Below are positions 9,762 to 18,737 of a stretch of 25,209 nt of DNA, piece after piece. Under the pieces are notes generated by a model. The model was given only the letters and a program-made list of their open reading frames with translations, was not told where the DNA came from and ran no database searches. Source of the DNA: a virus (taxonomy: Duplodnaviria; Caudoviricetes); IMG/VR virus record IMGVR_UViG_3300031848_000927, positions 1-25,209 of that record; one strand, written 5' to 3'. Made by a program: the position numbers and the translations under genes. Position 1 is the first letter of the stretch. Each line of letters opens with the position of its first letter.

Positions 9762-10292
9762 ATGTTCGCCAGGATGGCACTTGTCTGCTGCTTCGTCTAT
9801 TTTTTCAAACAATCCTAATATATCTACAGTATTCCATTCTGGAGATTTCTCTTTGTTGTTTTCTATAACGTAATTGAGACTTTTAATATCTTTATTTTGT
9901 AAATATGTATTAACATGATTTAACCTAGTATAAAAGTCCAACAACAGATCATTTCTATTACTATAATTCATATAGAACGGTTTATCTTGTTCATTCCAGG
10001 GATTAATTCTTTTTGTTCTGTTAGACTTAATAATACAAAATCTACTGTAATATGTCCAAGTAACTAAGGCAATATCGCCTTCCTTAAAATTAAAATTTAA
10101 AATATCATTCCAAATTTCTTTATTACTACTACCAGATTTTCCTAAATTAACATATTCGCATTCTAACTTTTTTGCTACTAATGCAGGAAATGCTAATTTA
10201 CTATCATTAGTGCCAGGATGTCCGTCATTGTCTAGACAATCAGGTAACCCGTGTCCATACGTATAACTACATCCAAATGCTACTATTCTCAT
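9714..10292 (-). CDS. SGNH/GDSL hydrolase-like protein
   Basis: IVAFGCSYTYG (block I Ser), NLGKSGSSN (block II), and DKCHPG (DxxH catalytic block V). Confidence 0.75.
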   Translation of the reverse strand: MRIVAFGCSYTYGHGLPDCLDNDGHPGTNDSKLAFPALVAKKLECEYVNLGKSGSSNKEIWNDILNFNFKEGDIALVTWTYYSRFCIIKSNRTKRINPWNEQDKPFYMNYSNRNDLLLDFYTRLNHVNTYLQNKDIKSLNYVIENNKEKSPEWNTVDILGLFEKIDEAADKCHPGEHSHIVFADEIHNHIIR

Positions 10293-10873
10293 AATATAAG
10301 ATCAAACTCTGTAGCAAAACACATACGCGGCGCGGCAACGCTATGTTTATCTACAGCATGTAGAGTAGTATTGTCCATAATTACAATATCGCCTTCTTCG
10401 ATAGCAAGTTTGACACTGTCTATATCTTGATAATCTGACGGCCATTTTCCGTATTCGCTATTATGTATGAATACTAGATTCGATCCTCCAACTGGAGCCT
10501 TGGGATAAAAAAGAAATATTAAACTTTTTTCATCATCCATGCTATATCGATCCCAGTGATTTTTAGTTTCGCATCCTTGGTGTGTTAAGTTAATCCACAT
10601 GTTGTTAAACTTTAGGTTAAATTTATTAGAAAATAAGTTACTATATTGTTCACCTATTTGTTTTAATCTATCTAAAAAATTAGCAAAATCATCAAACGAT
10701 GTAAGATCTAAATCTGTACTACAAATCTTTCCTCCTCTAGCATAAGGATGATTAACATTTTTATTTTGAGGAAGCATAAGTTTTTCTATTGCAATATTAT
10801 AAAGTTCATCTGTAAATAAATCTTTGTTGTTTTGCAATACAATAACCGGTGATCCAAATATTGATAGTATCAT
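10289..10873 (-). CDS. 2OG-Fe(II) oxygenase-like protein (TIGR02466-like)
   Basis: Pattern IFGSPV...MWIN...NHWD (HxD)...EGDIVIMDNTTLHAV (distal His)...RMCFA (2OG-binding Arg). Confidence 0.7.
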   Translation of the reverse strand: MILSIFGSPVIVLQNNKDLFTDELYNIAIEKLMLPQNKNVNHPYARGGKICSTDLDLTSFDDFANFLDRLKQIGEQYSNLFSNKFNLKFNNMWINLTHQGCETKNHWDRYSMDDEKSLIFLFYPKAPVGGSNLVFIHNSEYGKWPSDYQDIDSVKLAIEEGDIVIMDNTTLHAVDKHSVAAPRMCFATEFDLIL

Positions 10874-10874
10874 A

Positions 10875-11246
10875 TTACTTAACTTCTTTCAGTCCAAATT
10901 CTCTGTCTAAATATTTATATTCTACTTTAGTAGGGTTCCACTGTTCTAACTCTGCAAAAATAATATCTTTGTCTAGTGTACTACATGTATAAACATCAAG
11001 TTGTACAAGTGCAGGATTTACAGCGTCCCAGACATGTATTGCAATGTGACTAGTTTCTATTACAACTACTCCAGTTAATCCTTCGTTTCCTGGCATATCT
11101 ACATATGCAGTAATAGGCCCTCGGCAAACTTTCATTCCAATTTTTTCAACTAATGTGTTAAGCCAATTATGTAACCATGCTTCGTCAGTTGGCGGGTTTG
11201 AAACTTCTGCCCGAATAATTAAGTGCTTGTGTTCTAATATTTTCAT
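10875..11246 (-). CDS. speD: S-adenosylmethionine decarboxylase proenzyme (pyruvoyl-dependent, class 1B-like)
   Basis: HKHLII, GLTGVVVIETSHIAIHVW (self-cleavage Ser-His site) and QLDVYTC. The 123-aa length fits the small SpeD/SpeH family. Confidence 0.85.
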   Translation of the reverse strand: MKILEHKHLIIRAEVSNPPTDEAWLHNWLNTLVEKIGMKVCRGPITAYVDMPGNEGLTGVVVIETSHIAIHVWDAVNPALVQLDVYTCSTLDKDIIFAELEQWNPTKVEYKYLDREFGLKEVK

Positions 11247-11926
11247 AAGGTATCAATCTGTTCCTTTGTAATGTAAAAATGGTGCGCTTCTGCAATATCA
11301 TTGTTTTGATATGGTAAGAAAAATTCACCAAGTTCTTTAGATCCCCAGTCGCTAACTTGATTAGGATCCATATTATATGGCGGCAAGTTACAGCCTTTGT
11401 TACATTGAAAATACATAAAACTGTTGTCTGTCTTTAATAAATTTTTACAACAGTCTTTAAAGAAGAATTTCCATTCATCGACGCTCCAAACATCTACACC
11501 ACTATCCGGTGGATCAACATATGTAGTAGTGCCTATCGTGCTACGAAAACTAACTATCATATCAAACTTTTGACCAAAAGTATCGCCAACACTTGTATTT
11601 TTGTATATAAAATAATTCTTCGGATCTACGTTTAATAATTGATAGCCATCTTCCCACCAGCTATCTGGATGTCGATCATCACACGAATCTACATTATGTC
11701 CGTATGCTTTACTTATAAACGGAAAGAACCCTGCACCAGTGCCAATTTCTAGTATGTCTACAGGCTGTAACTGGTTTAACTTTAATGCATGTGCCCATCT
11801 TAGTTGTTCTTCGATAGTGTCTTCGGCATGGACCATGTACTTGTTATTACTAGCAATACCGGTGTTATTGATTAACTCTATCCCACCAGCTTGCTTAATA
11901 ATATCTTGTACAGTTAATTGTTCCAT
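11243..11926 (-). CDS. Class I SAM-dependent methyltransferase
   Basis: ILEIGTGAGFF motif I, VDSCD, and KFDMIVS. Confidence 0.8.
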   Translation of the reverse strand: MEQLTVQDIIKQAGGIELINNTGIASNNKYMVHAEDTIEEQLRWAHALKLNQLQPVDILEIGTGAGFFPFISKAYGHNVDSCDDRHPDSWWEDGYQLLNVDPKNYFIYKNTSVGDTFGQKFDMIVSFRSTIGTTTYVDPPDSGVDVWSVDEWKFFFKDCCKNLLKTDNSFMYFQCNKGCNLPPYNMDPNQVSDWGSKELGEFFLPYQNNDIAEAHHFYITKEQIDTL

Positions 11927-11927
11927 A

Positions 11928-13010
11928 CTAAATGATTGATCTTTTAGAACCGCGCCTTTTAGTATCTAATGTACTGCAATGAATGCCGCCTTCCCAAAAC
12001 AGCATGTGCCGTTGGTCGCATACGTGGCAATCAATTCCGTGTGTTTTTAAGAATTTAAATAAATCTGGCACTTCTCGTCCAAAAATAAGATTGTTTCTGT
12101 CCACAACTAGTACGTTAAGGTCAAAGCAACAGTCTTGATTATAACCTGTCCAGTTGCCTAAATAATTTTCGACCCAGTCTAATTCGTATCTGCCACCTTT
12201 ATTAATAAAGTTTGTTTTATATTCTTTTGTTTTAGGAACAGGAACAAATTCTTCAGCATCGATTAATTTTAGATGGCGCAATGCCACAGGAACCCAATCT
12301 ATCCCAGCATGTATAATTGTTTCATCGTCGATCATAAGAAATCCGTGATCAATGTGACCATAGTTTTCAGAATGACCGCCTATGTTTTCTATAAATTCAA
12401 ATTCGGGTAAATTGCGTTTAAGCCATTTGTAACCTTTTGTATTACCTGGTCCATCAGCAGCAGTAATAATTTTATCACCTACTGGAAACATAGTTGCTGT
12501 GTGGAATAGTACTCTGTCTTTTAATTTACTATGATAAATGTTAGTTTCGGGGTCTTGTCCTGGCATATACCATATGTCACTTGGTGTAACAGGAACTAAT
12601 GGAGGAGCTGCTTGGCTAATCCAGTTATAACCTTCGTCAAACATATCCGAAAATATATTATAGTAACTTAGTCCGTCAAAATATCGATCAGTTAAACTAG
12701 TATATGTTTGCACAATAGTCTTACCTGCTACTTTGTATTGGTCTCTAGGAACTGTTGGTCCCATTGGAAACTTTACATCAAACCCCGGCATTGCAATATG
12801 TCCATCATAATGATATACGTCTGGTCTTTTAACTGTAACGCTGCCTGCTTTTAAAAAGTCTGCTAATTTGTCAAAGTCTTCTTTTGTTTCATCTAGTATT
12901 TGATTAAACTGCGATAAGTTTTCATTTGGAAATAAATGATCTAAGTCGCCGCCTACATATGAGTCTGCAACAATAACTTCTTCTAGTGGGTCGTATTCTG
13001 TGTAAACCAT
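11928..13010 (-). CDS. Amidinotransferase (glycine/inosamine-phosphate amidinotransferase family)
   Basis: YTEYDPLEEVIV, PRD, GNTKGYKWLKRNL, GHID (catalytic His) and GGIHCSTLD (catalytic Cys). Confidence 0.85.
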   Translation of the reverse strand: MVYTEYDPLEEVIVADSYVGGDLDHLFPNENLSQFNQILDETKEDFDKLADFLKAGSVTVKRPDVYHYDGHIAMPGFDVKFPMGPTVPRDQYKVAGKTIVQTYTSLTDRYFDGLSYYNIFSDMFDEGYNWISQAAPPLVPVTPSDIWYMPGQDPETNIYHSKLKDRVLFHTATMFPVGDKIITAADGPGNTKGYKWLKRNLPEFEFIENIGGHSENYGHIDHGFLMIDDETIIHAGIDWVPVALRHLKLIDAEEFVPVPKTKEYKTNFINKGGRYELDWVENYLGNWTGYNQDCCFDLNVLVVDRNNLIFGREVPDLFKFLKTHGIDCHVCDQRHMLFWEGGIHCSTLDTKRRGSKRSII

Positions 13011-14134
13011 TGTAGGTTCTCCTCTAATGCTTCAAAATATTCATCATCTGCGGCAATTGGCACAATATAAAAGTATTTTTCTAACCCATAGTCACGTTGT
13101 CTTCTAATCCGAAAGTGCAATCCAAATCTATAAAATACTTCGAATCCAGCAGCTTCAAATATTGTTGTAGCACGTTCTACTATGCTATCATGATTGTCTA
13201 ATAAGTTGTCTCTTTCTAATATGTCTAAGTATTTTACAGCAGCAGCTACTCCGGGCAGACTAAAACAATATGTAAACCCGTGTTCCCAATTAAAGTTCTT
13301 AGGTAATGTATTTTTAATTCTGTCATTGTAAAGTACCATACTTAGCGGAAAAAATCCTCCAGTAATTGCTTTACCCATTGTTGAAATATCAGGACGTATG
13401 TTCATATTTTCCCAACCAATGTAAGTTCCAGACTTGCCACCGCCCATAAAGATATCATCAATAATTATTACTACATCGTGCTTGGTTCGTATGTTATCTA
13501 AGCTTGCCCAAAATTCTGCTGAAGGCGGAATCATAACATTGCCATATGCACAAGTTTCAATAACTACTGCTGCTACAGAATCCCAATCAACTTCGTCAAA
13601 CTTACTAGCATCTCTAGGTATGCGCTTTACTGATGGATTTGGATCTAGTGTATAAAACGGTGCATCCATAAAATTATCGTGTCCGATACTTTGAGTAAAA
13701 TTTGTACTGCCGTGGTAACTTTCTAAAAATCCTACAATAGTTTTTTTATGGTAATTTCCTTTTTGGAACTGGTACGCACATGCAAGTTTAACTGCTCCTT
13801 CATTAGCATCAGACCCACTAAGAGCGTAAAAAGGATTCATTCCTGAAATTTCACGTACTCTTTCAGCAAGTTGAAAACTAATATGATTTAAGCGCAACGT
13901 ATCAGTTTTAGGCATAAAATGTTCGCCTATTTCTGGTTTGTTATTTTTCATAGTGTCGTATACATAATCAATAATTTCTTGGTTATGATACCCTAAGACG
14001 TAGCAGCCGAATTGCAAAATTGGATCAATTACTTTTCTTCCGTCTCGTATTTCACCAAATTTCCAATATGGTAACGGCAGTTCTACTTCTTCATTGTCTG
14101 GTTGTACTTCTGGTAATAGGCCTGTATATTTCAT
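12983..14134 (-). CDS. Class III PLP-dependent aminotransferase (BioA/putrescine/ornithine aminotransferase-like)
   Basis: SGSDANEGAVKLA, SYHGST, IIDDIFMGGGKSG, PDISTMGKAITGG (PLP Lys) and HGFTY. Confidence 0.9.
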   Translation of the reverse strand: MKYTGLLPEVQPDNEEVELPLPYWKFGEIRDGRKVIDPILQFGCYVLGYHNQEIIDYVYDTMKNNKPEIGEHFMPKTDTLRLNHISFQLAERVREISGMNPFYALSGSDANEGAVKLACAYQFQKGNYHKKTIVGFLESYHGSTNFTQSIGHDNFMDAPFYTLDPNPSVKRIPRDASKFDEVDWDSVAAVVIETCAYGNVMIPPSAEFWASLDNIRTKHDVVIIIDDIFMGGGKSGTYIGWENMNIRPDISTMGKAITGGFFPLSMVLYNDRIKNTLPKNFNWEHGFTYCFSLPGVAAAVKYLDILERDNLLDNHDSIVERATTIFEAAGFEVFYRFGLHFRIRRQRDYGLEKYFYIVPIAADDEYFEALEENLQWFTQNTTH

Positions 14135-14751
14135 GATTTCTCCGTATAAGTTTCGAATATTTCTAATGCTCTTTTAAATGTTAATGGTTTTTTATTTTCT
14201 AGAAGTGTAAAGCACAATGACCAGCGATGTTCAGTAGGCGACGGGTTCCATGTAGAATGTAATTGGCTAATGTTAAGTAAGCTAGGCCGGTCTATAACAA
14301 CTTCGTGAACTATATCTGCATCTTCGTGATCGGCAAATAATACATAAGTTATATCTAAATCAGGTTCAATGCCTGCTTCGTAAAATTTTTGGTTAGCGTC
14401 TGCTTCGTCTAAGTAATGCTTTTTTATTTTAGAGTCATTTTTAATTTTATACCATTGGGTTGTACTATCTGGTGATCCCCATGTAAAGTTTAATTTACAA
14501 CAATCATTATCGCCAGGCATAGAAGATGTGTCTGAATGTAAAGGAACTCTTCCGCCGTTTGGAGGAGTATAAAATCCTTCTAATACATTTGATATAGTTA
14601 GTCCAAAACTTTCTATCCATTCTTTAAAAGGAGGATGAATATATTTGTCTTCTATTAGTGCTGTATAATTTTTCGAACCTTCGTTAAAGATTTCTGGTTT
14701 AGGATATTCAAACGGTAAGCTTACATAGCGGTGGTATATATTGTCTGTCAT
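14131..14751 (-). CDS. DSBH/2OG-Fe(II) oxygenase-like hypothetical protein
   Basis: PLHSD (HxD), KLNF, PSLLNISQLHS (distal His) and RWSL. Confidence 0.55.
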   Translation of the reverse strand: MTDNIYHRYVSLPFEYPKPEIFNEGSKNYTALIEDKYIHPPFKEWIESFGLTISNVLEGFYTPPNGGRVPLHSDTSSMPGDNDCCKLNFTWGSPDSTTQWYKIKNDSKIKKHYLDEADANQKFYEAGIEPDLDITYVLFADHEDADIVHEVVIDRPSLLNISQLHSTWNPSPTEHRWSLCFTLLENKKPLTFKRALEIFETYTEKS

Positions 14752-15185
14752 TGGTCTAAAATCTCCTTCAAATATCTTTCATCCCAGTGCGTATAATATG
14801 TTGTTTGGGAAAGCCGATCTCTTGCAGCCTGTAACTCGCTTCGTTCTTGACATAGTATTAAATTGTACTTATCGTTGTTAGACTGTACTCCGTTGATATG
14901 TGAATACCTGTGTTTACTGTCAGGAAGGAATACCAGATTAGGAAATATTTTATTATACTCTGATGATATGTTTTCTACTTGCTCAAAGCTATAACTGCTA
15001 TTTACTATGTAAAGTATTACTTCAACTGTACTAAAGTCTGGATTTAATGTTTCTTCGTCTGCTAATTCTATTATTTTATATTTTGCGTTTTTAGCAAAAG
15101 GACAAACTGGCATATTGCCTAATTCAGAACGTGTTTCTGAAATCTTATCAATCCATTCAGAAATACCTTGTTCGACGCTACTCAC
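14748..15185 (-). CDS. Hypothetical protein (DUF1415-like CPFA motif)
   Basis: Contains W...PVCPFAK. The start is uncertain: GTG at 15185 (the ORF then overlaps the halogenase 3' end by 8 bp), or ATG 15215/TTG 15221. Confidence 0.5.
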   Translation of the reverse strand: MSSVEQGISEWIDKISETRSELGNMPVCPFAKNAKYKIIELADEETLNPDFSTVEVILYIVNSSYSFEQVENISSEYNKIFPNLVFLPDSKHRYSHINGVQSNNDKYNLILCQERSELQAARDRLSQTTYYTHWDERYLKEILDQ

Positions 15186-16737
15186 TACTGGCTTTCCATT
15201 TTTTGCTAGGTACATTTCCAAAGATATTACTCTTAAGCCATGCGTAGTTGTTTTCGCCTAATGATGAAATATACTTGTGTTTATTATTATTAAAATCAAA
15301 ATGCATCTTTGCTAATATTTTATCTGCATCGCTAGATTTATTCCGAATGTCGAAATCTATATTCCAGTGAGCTGCAAGTTGTGCCCACATATAATCAGGA
15401 AACATAGTATATCCTGTAATAGCCCCAAGCATACTATTACGTTTGTTATAAATTTTGTCTATAACTAAAGATGCATGATCGTTTGCTTTTCCCATTACCT
15501 GCATGTCTGTCCAAAATTTAGTATCTGTTCTAGGACTAAGCGTATAGTGTACTAAAATAAAATCAGCAATGTCGTCAATAGTACATGCCATTTTTTCATT
15601 ATACGAATCATAATTTGCTAGATTTAATACTTCGTTCAATCTTCTAATACTAGTAACTATGGTGTATAGCGCATTTGCTTCAAGTGGCTCGACAAATCCA
15701 CACGTTAGGCCAACAGCTACACAGTTTCCGTTAGCAAACGTTTCTAATCTCTCAGGCTTCCATTTAATTAATCTTGGTTCGTTTTTAGGAGTCTTAATTT
15801 GTTTTAGAAAATGCTCTTTAGCATCCTCGTCACTAACATGTTGTGAACTAAAACAGTAGCCGTTCCCGGCACGATGATATAGTCCTATATTAAAACGCCA
15901 TCCGTATGGCTCTGCAATACTTTGTGTATAGTTTACCATCTCGGATTCAGGATTGCTATAATCGGTTTGGCACACCCAGGCACTATCTATTGGATGATCG
16001 TATGTTTTTGTTTTCCAGTCTAGTGCATTAACTAATACTTTACTAAACCCGGTACAGTCGATAAACCAGTCAGCAGTTATTATAGATCCATTGTCTAATT
16101 CGATTGAACTAATGTCTTCTTCGTGTACATTTACTTTAATAACATTGGCAATTATATTAGTAATATTAGGAGCAACTTTAGTTTTAATATAAGTGCCTAT
16201 AAGCTCTGCGTTAATATGATGGGCATAACTGTGTGCTTGATTTAACACAGCAGTATTGTTATTATATGGAGAAACATTATTTTCCATATAATGAAACTGT
16301 GGGCAAAAGTATTGATCAAATCTGTCATACGTATTATTATGCAAGAAGTGAGATAAAATATCTATAGTTCTTGCTTGTGTAGTATTTTCACTAAAATCGT
16401 TGCTGGATACATTTTTAGATATATCCTTGTACAGGTGTTTTGCAGGAGTAGTGTAATTAAAGCTAAAATACGACTCGTCATCTGCACCGCACCAGTCAAC
16501 AAACTTATTTGCATACTTGTGAATAGCACCTGTTTCTTTCATCCAGTCGGTTTCGTCCATGTCAATCTCTTCAAAGAAATCTCGAACGTGCGGAGTAACA
16601 CTTTCACCAATTCCGATCTTTGGAATAGTAGCAGACTCTACAACTGTAACATTTTCACTGCCGTGGTACTTTGCAAGATAAGCAGCAGTCATCCACCCTG
16701 CTGTGCCACCACCGACTATTACTATTTTTTTATTCAT
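15178..16737 (-). CDS. Flavin-dependent halogenase (tryptophan halogenase PrnA/RebH family)
   Basis: IVIVGGGTAGW (GxGxxG), IGIGES, GAIHKYANKF (catalytic Lys equivalent to PrnA K79), FIDCTGF, FVEPLE, and DFILVHY...RTDTKFW. Confidence 0.9.
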   Translation of the reverse strand: MNKKIVIVGGGTAGWMTAAYLAKYHGSENVTVVESATIPKIGIGESVTPHVRDFFEEIDMDETDWMKETGAIHKYANKFVDWCGADDESYFSFNYTTPAKHLYKDISKNVSSNDFSENTTQARTIDILSHFLHNNTYDRFDQYFCPQFHYMENNVSPYNNNTAVLNQAHSYAHHINAELIGTYIKTKVAPNITNIIANVIKVNVHEEDISSIELDNGSIITADWFIDCTGFSKVLVNALDWKTKTYDHPIDSAWVCQTDYSNPESEMVNYTQSIAEPYGWRFNIGLYHRAGNGYCFSSQHVSDEDAKEHFLKQIKTPKNEPRLIKWKPERLETFANGNCVAVGLTCGFVEPLEANALYTIVTSIRRLNEVLNLANYDSYNEKMACTIDDIADFILVHYTLSPRTDTKFWTDMQVMGKANDHASLVIDKIYNKRNSMLGAITGYTMFPDYMWAQLAAHWNIDFDIRNKSSDADKILAKMHFDFNNNKHKYISSLGENNYAWLKSNIFGNVPSKKWKASSE

Positions 16738-17236
16738 GTAATGTAACCTGTAATACTACTCTTGGAGTAGATCCTATGTTAGCTGCACCATGTAACGCAG
16801 CACTATTTGTGTATTGAAATATATCACCTTTTTTGTAGTCAGTTGTAACATAGTCTTCGTACATAAAAATGTGTCCAGGTTGCCAGTCTTGTAATGGTAT
16901 CCAAAATCTATCTGCATTTTGTTGTTGCACAGTATGAGGATCTACGTGCATTGGCATAAAGTTACCAGGCAGCATCTTAGTAATCCACCAGTGTTGCTGT
17001 CTACCACACGTTGAAATATCTGGAACGTCTATTTGTAAATTGTCTGTAGTAAACATTTGAAAGTACACAGCAGTAGGATCGTATCCTGCATCAATTGCTT
17101 TCTGCCACTCGCTTTTGCCTTTGGCACCTTCTGGAACTCCGCCTTGCTTAGGACGTAATATACCTTCTTTAGACATTACTTGCTCTACAACTTGGGTAAT
17201 CCAGTTGTTATTTTCTATATTACCTAAATGCTTCAT
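16730..17236 (-). CDS. 2OG-Fe(II)/cupin oxygenase-like protein
   Basis: PGNFMPMHVD (HxD) and LHGAANIGSTPRVVLQ (distal His, Arg). ATG at 17236 is preferred over TTG 17242. Confidence 0.65.
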   Translation of the reverse strand: MKHLGNIENNNWITQVVEQVMSKEGILRPKQGGVPEGAKGKSEWQKAIDAGYDPTAVYFQMFTTDNLQIDVPDISTCGRQQHWWITKMLPGNFMPMHVDPHTVQQQNADRFWIPLQDWQPGHIFMYEDYVTTDYKKGDIFQYTNSAALHGAANIGSTPRVVLQVTLHE

Positions 17237-17242
17237 TAACAA

Positions 17243-17249
17243 TATTTAG
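17243..17249 (-). promoter_or_regulatory. Putative late-type promoter CTAAATA driving the 17236->9714 operon
   Basis: The TAAATA core ends 6 nt before ATG 17236, in a divergent intergenic region. Confidence 0.45.
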
Positions 17250-17304
17250 TTGCTAGTCTTTCAATCTCATTGCCAAACTGATGCACATACGTCGAGCTCT
17301 GTTG

Positions 17305-17311
17305 ATAAGTA
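17305..17311 (+). promoter_or_regulatory. Putative late-type promoter ATAAGTA
   Basis: Upstream of the AGGA SD (17321-17324) and ATG 17331. Confidence 0.45.
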
Positions 17312-17330
17312 CACGATAACAGGAAAACAT

Positions 17331-18737
17331 ATGTCTAAGTATTGGTACGATAAAGAAGATACAATTTTAGGGAAGTTTCAACGCGAATTAGAAACTAAAT
17401 CAAGTTGCACGTTTTGTGTACTACCGTGGATACACTTAGCAACTCGTCCTAATGGCGATATGAGATTATGCTGTACTGCAAATGCAAGCGGTGCAGGAGA
17501 AAATCACACTGTTGGATTAATTAAAAACAAAGACGGAAGTCATGCTAACTTTGGAAAAGTTACTCCTATGGAAGCATGGAACAGCGACTTTATGAAAAAT
17601 GTCCGTACTACTATGCTCGCCGGCGAAATACCAGCAAGTTGTACAGGATGCTTTGACGAAGAATCACAAGGTATTGTTAGTAAACGTATCTGGGAAACTT
17701 ATACTTGGTTAAATGACGAAGGTGTTGACGCTGAAGAATTAATACGTCAAACAGAAGAAGATGGCACTGTGCCTGAACGCTTGCAATACCTAGATTTGCG
17801 TTTAGGACATACTTGTAATATTAAATGTGTAATGTGCAGTCCGCATGATTCAAGCAAGTGGGTTGCAGACTGGCAGAAACTCGTTCCGCAGTTAGAAGAT
17901 GAATCTGTAAAGAAACAGATGACATGGGATAAGAAAGAATTTAATAACAAGTGGCACGAAAAAGAATCATTCTGGAAAGAGTTGTATGCACAAATACCTA
18001 ATCTAAAACAAGTCTACTTTGCCGGCGGCGAACCTTTAATGATTAAAGAACATAAAATGTTCATTCAAGAAATTGTTAGACAAGGTTATCAAGACAAAGT
18101 GTTATTACGCTATAATTCAAATGGACTTCTTGTAGATAACGAGCTAATTGAGTTGTGGAGCAAGTTCCGTAAAGTTAAGTTTGCAGTTAGTGTTGATGCA
18201 AGTTTTGAACGTGACGATTATATACGCTTCCCTGGAAAGTTTTCAGAAGTAGAGCGCACTTTGCATATGTTAGACAATACTCCTGATAACATACATGTTA
18301 GTATGGCAACAGCAGTACAAATATTCAACATCAAACATATACCAGACTTTATAAAGTGGAAAGTAAACAGCAACTTTAAGAAGATGAATGTAGGACGAGT
18401 ACACAATATGATGATGGGCGGCGGACTTGTTAATGCACACTTAGTTCATATACCTACATTCCTTAACATTACAATGTTGCCTGAAGCAGACAAACAAGAT
18501 GTACGCGAACGCTTTGCAGAACTTAAAACATGGTTATGGGACAATTATACACAAGACGATGAATTTTGGATACACAATCCTAAGGGCTGGCGACAGTGGA
18601 CAGGATTATTAAAGCATATGGATAGTCGAGATAATAGTCATATGCTGCCTGGATTTAAAGAATATGTAAACAAGCTTGATGCTATCCGTGGATTAAACGC
18701 AGCAGCTATATTTCCTGAACTAGCACATTTACTTTAG
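17331..18737 (+). CDS. Radical SAM protein with N-terminal SPASM/twitch-like Cys domain
   Basis: N-terminal FCVLPW...GDMRLCC...CTGC, then CNIKCVMC, FAGGEPL, NSNG and YIRFP. ATG at 17331 with AGGA SD is preferred over 17250. Confidence 0.9.
   Translation: MSKYWYDKEDTILGKFQRELETKSSCTFCVLPWIHLATRPNGDMRLCCTANASGAGENHTVGLIKNKDGSHANFGKVTPMEAWNSDFMKNVRTTMLAGEIPASCTGCFDEESQGIVSKRIWETYTWLNDEGVDAEELIRQTEEDGTVPERLQYLDLRLGHTCNIKCVMCSPHDSSKWVADWQKLVPQLEDESVKKQMTWDKKEFNNKWHEKESFWKELYAQIPNLKQVYFAGGEPLMIKEHKMFIQEIVRQGYQDKVLLRYNSNGLLVDNELIELWSKFRKVKFAVSVDASFERDDYIRFPGKFSEVERTLHMLDNTPDNIHVSMATAVQIFNIKHIPDFIKWKVNSNFKKMNVGRVHNMMMGGGLVNAHLVHIPTFLNITMLPEADKQDVRERFAELKTWLWDNYTQDDEFWIHNPKGWRQWTGLLKHMDSRDNSHMLPGFKEYVNKLDAIRGLNAAAIFPELAHLL

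Noticed and set aside
10876-10881. TAAGTA on the minus strand just before ATG 10873
   Set aside because: It is formed by the last codons and stop of speD (GTT AAG TAA) and lies only 2 nt from the ATG, so it is probably coincidental.
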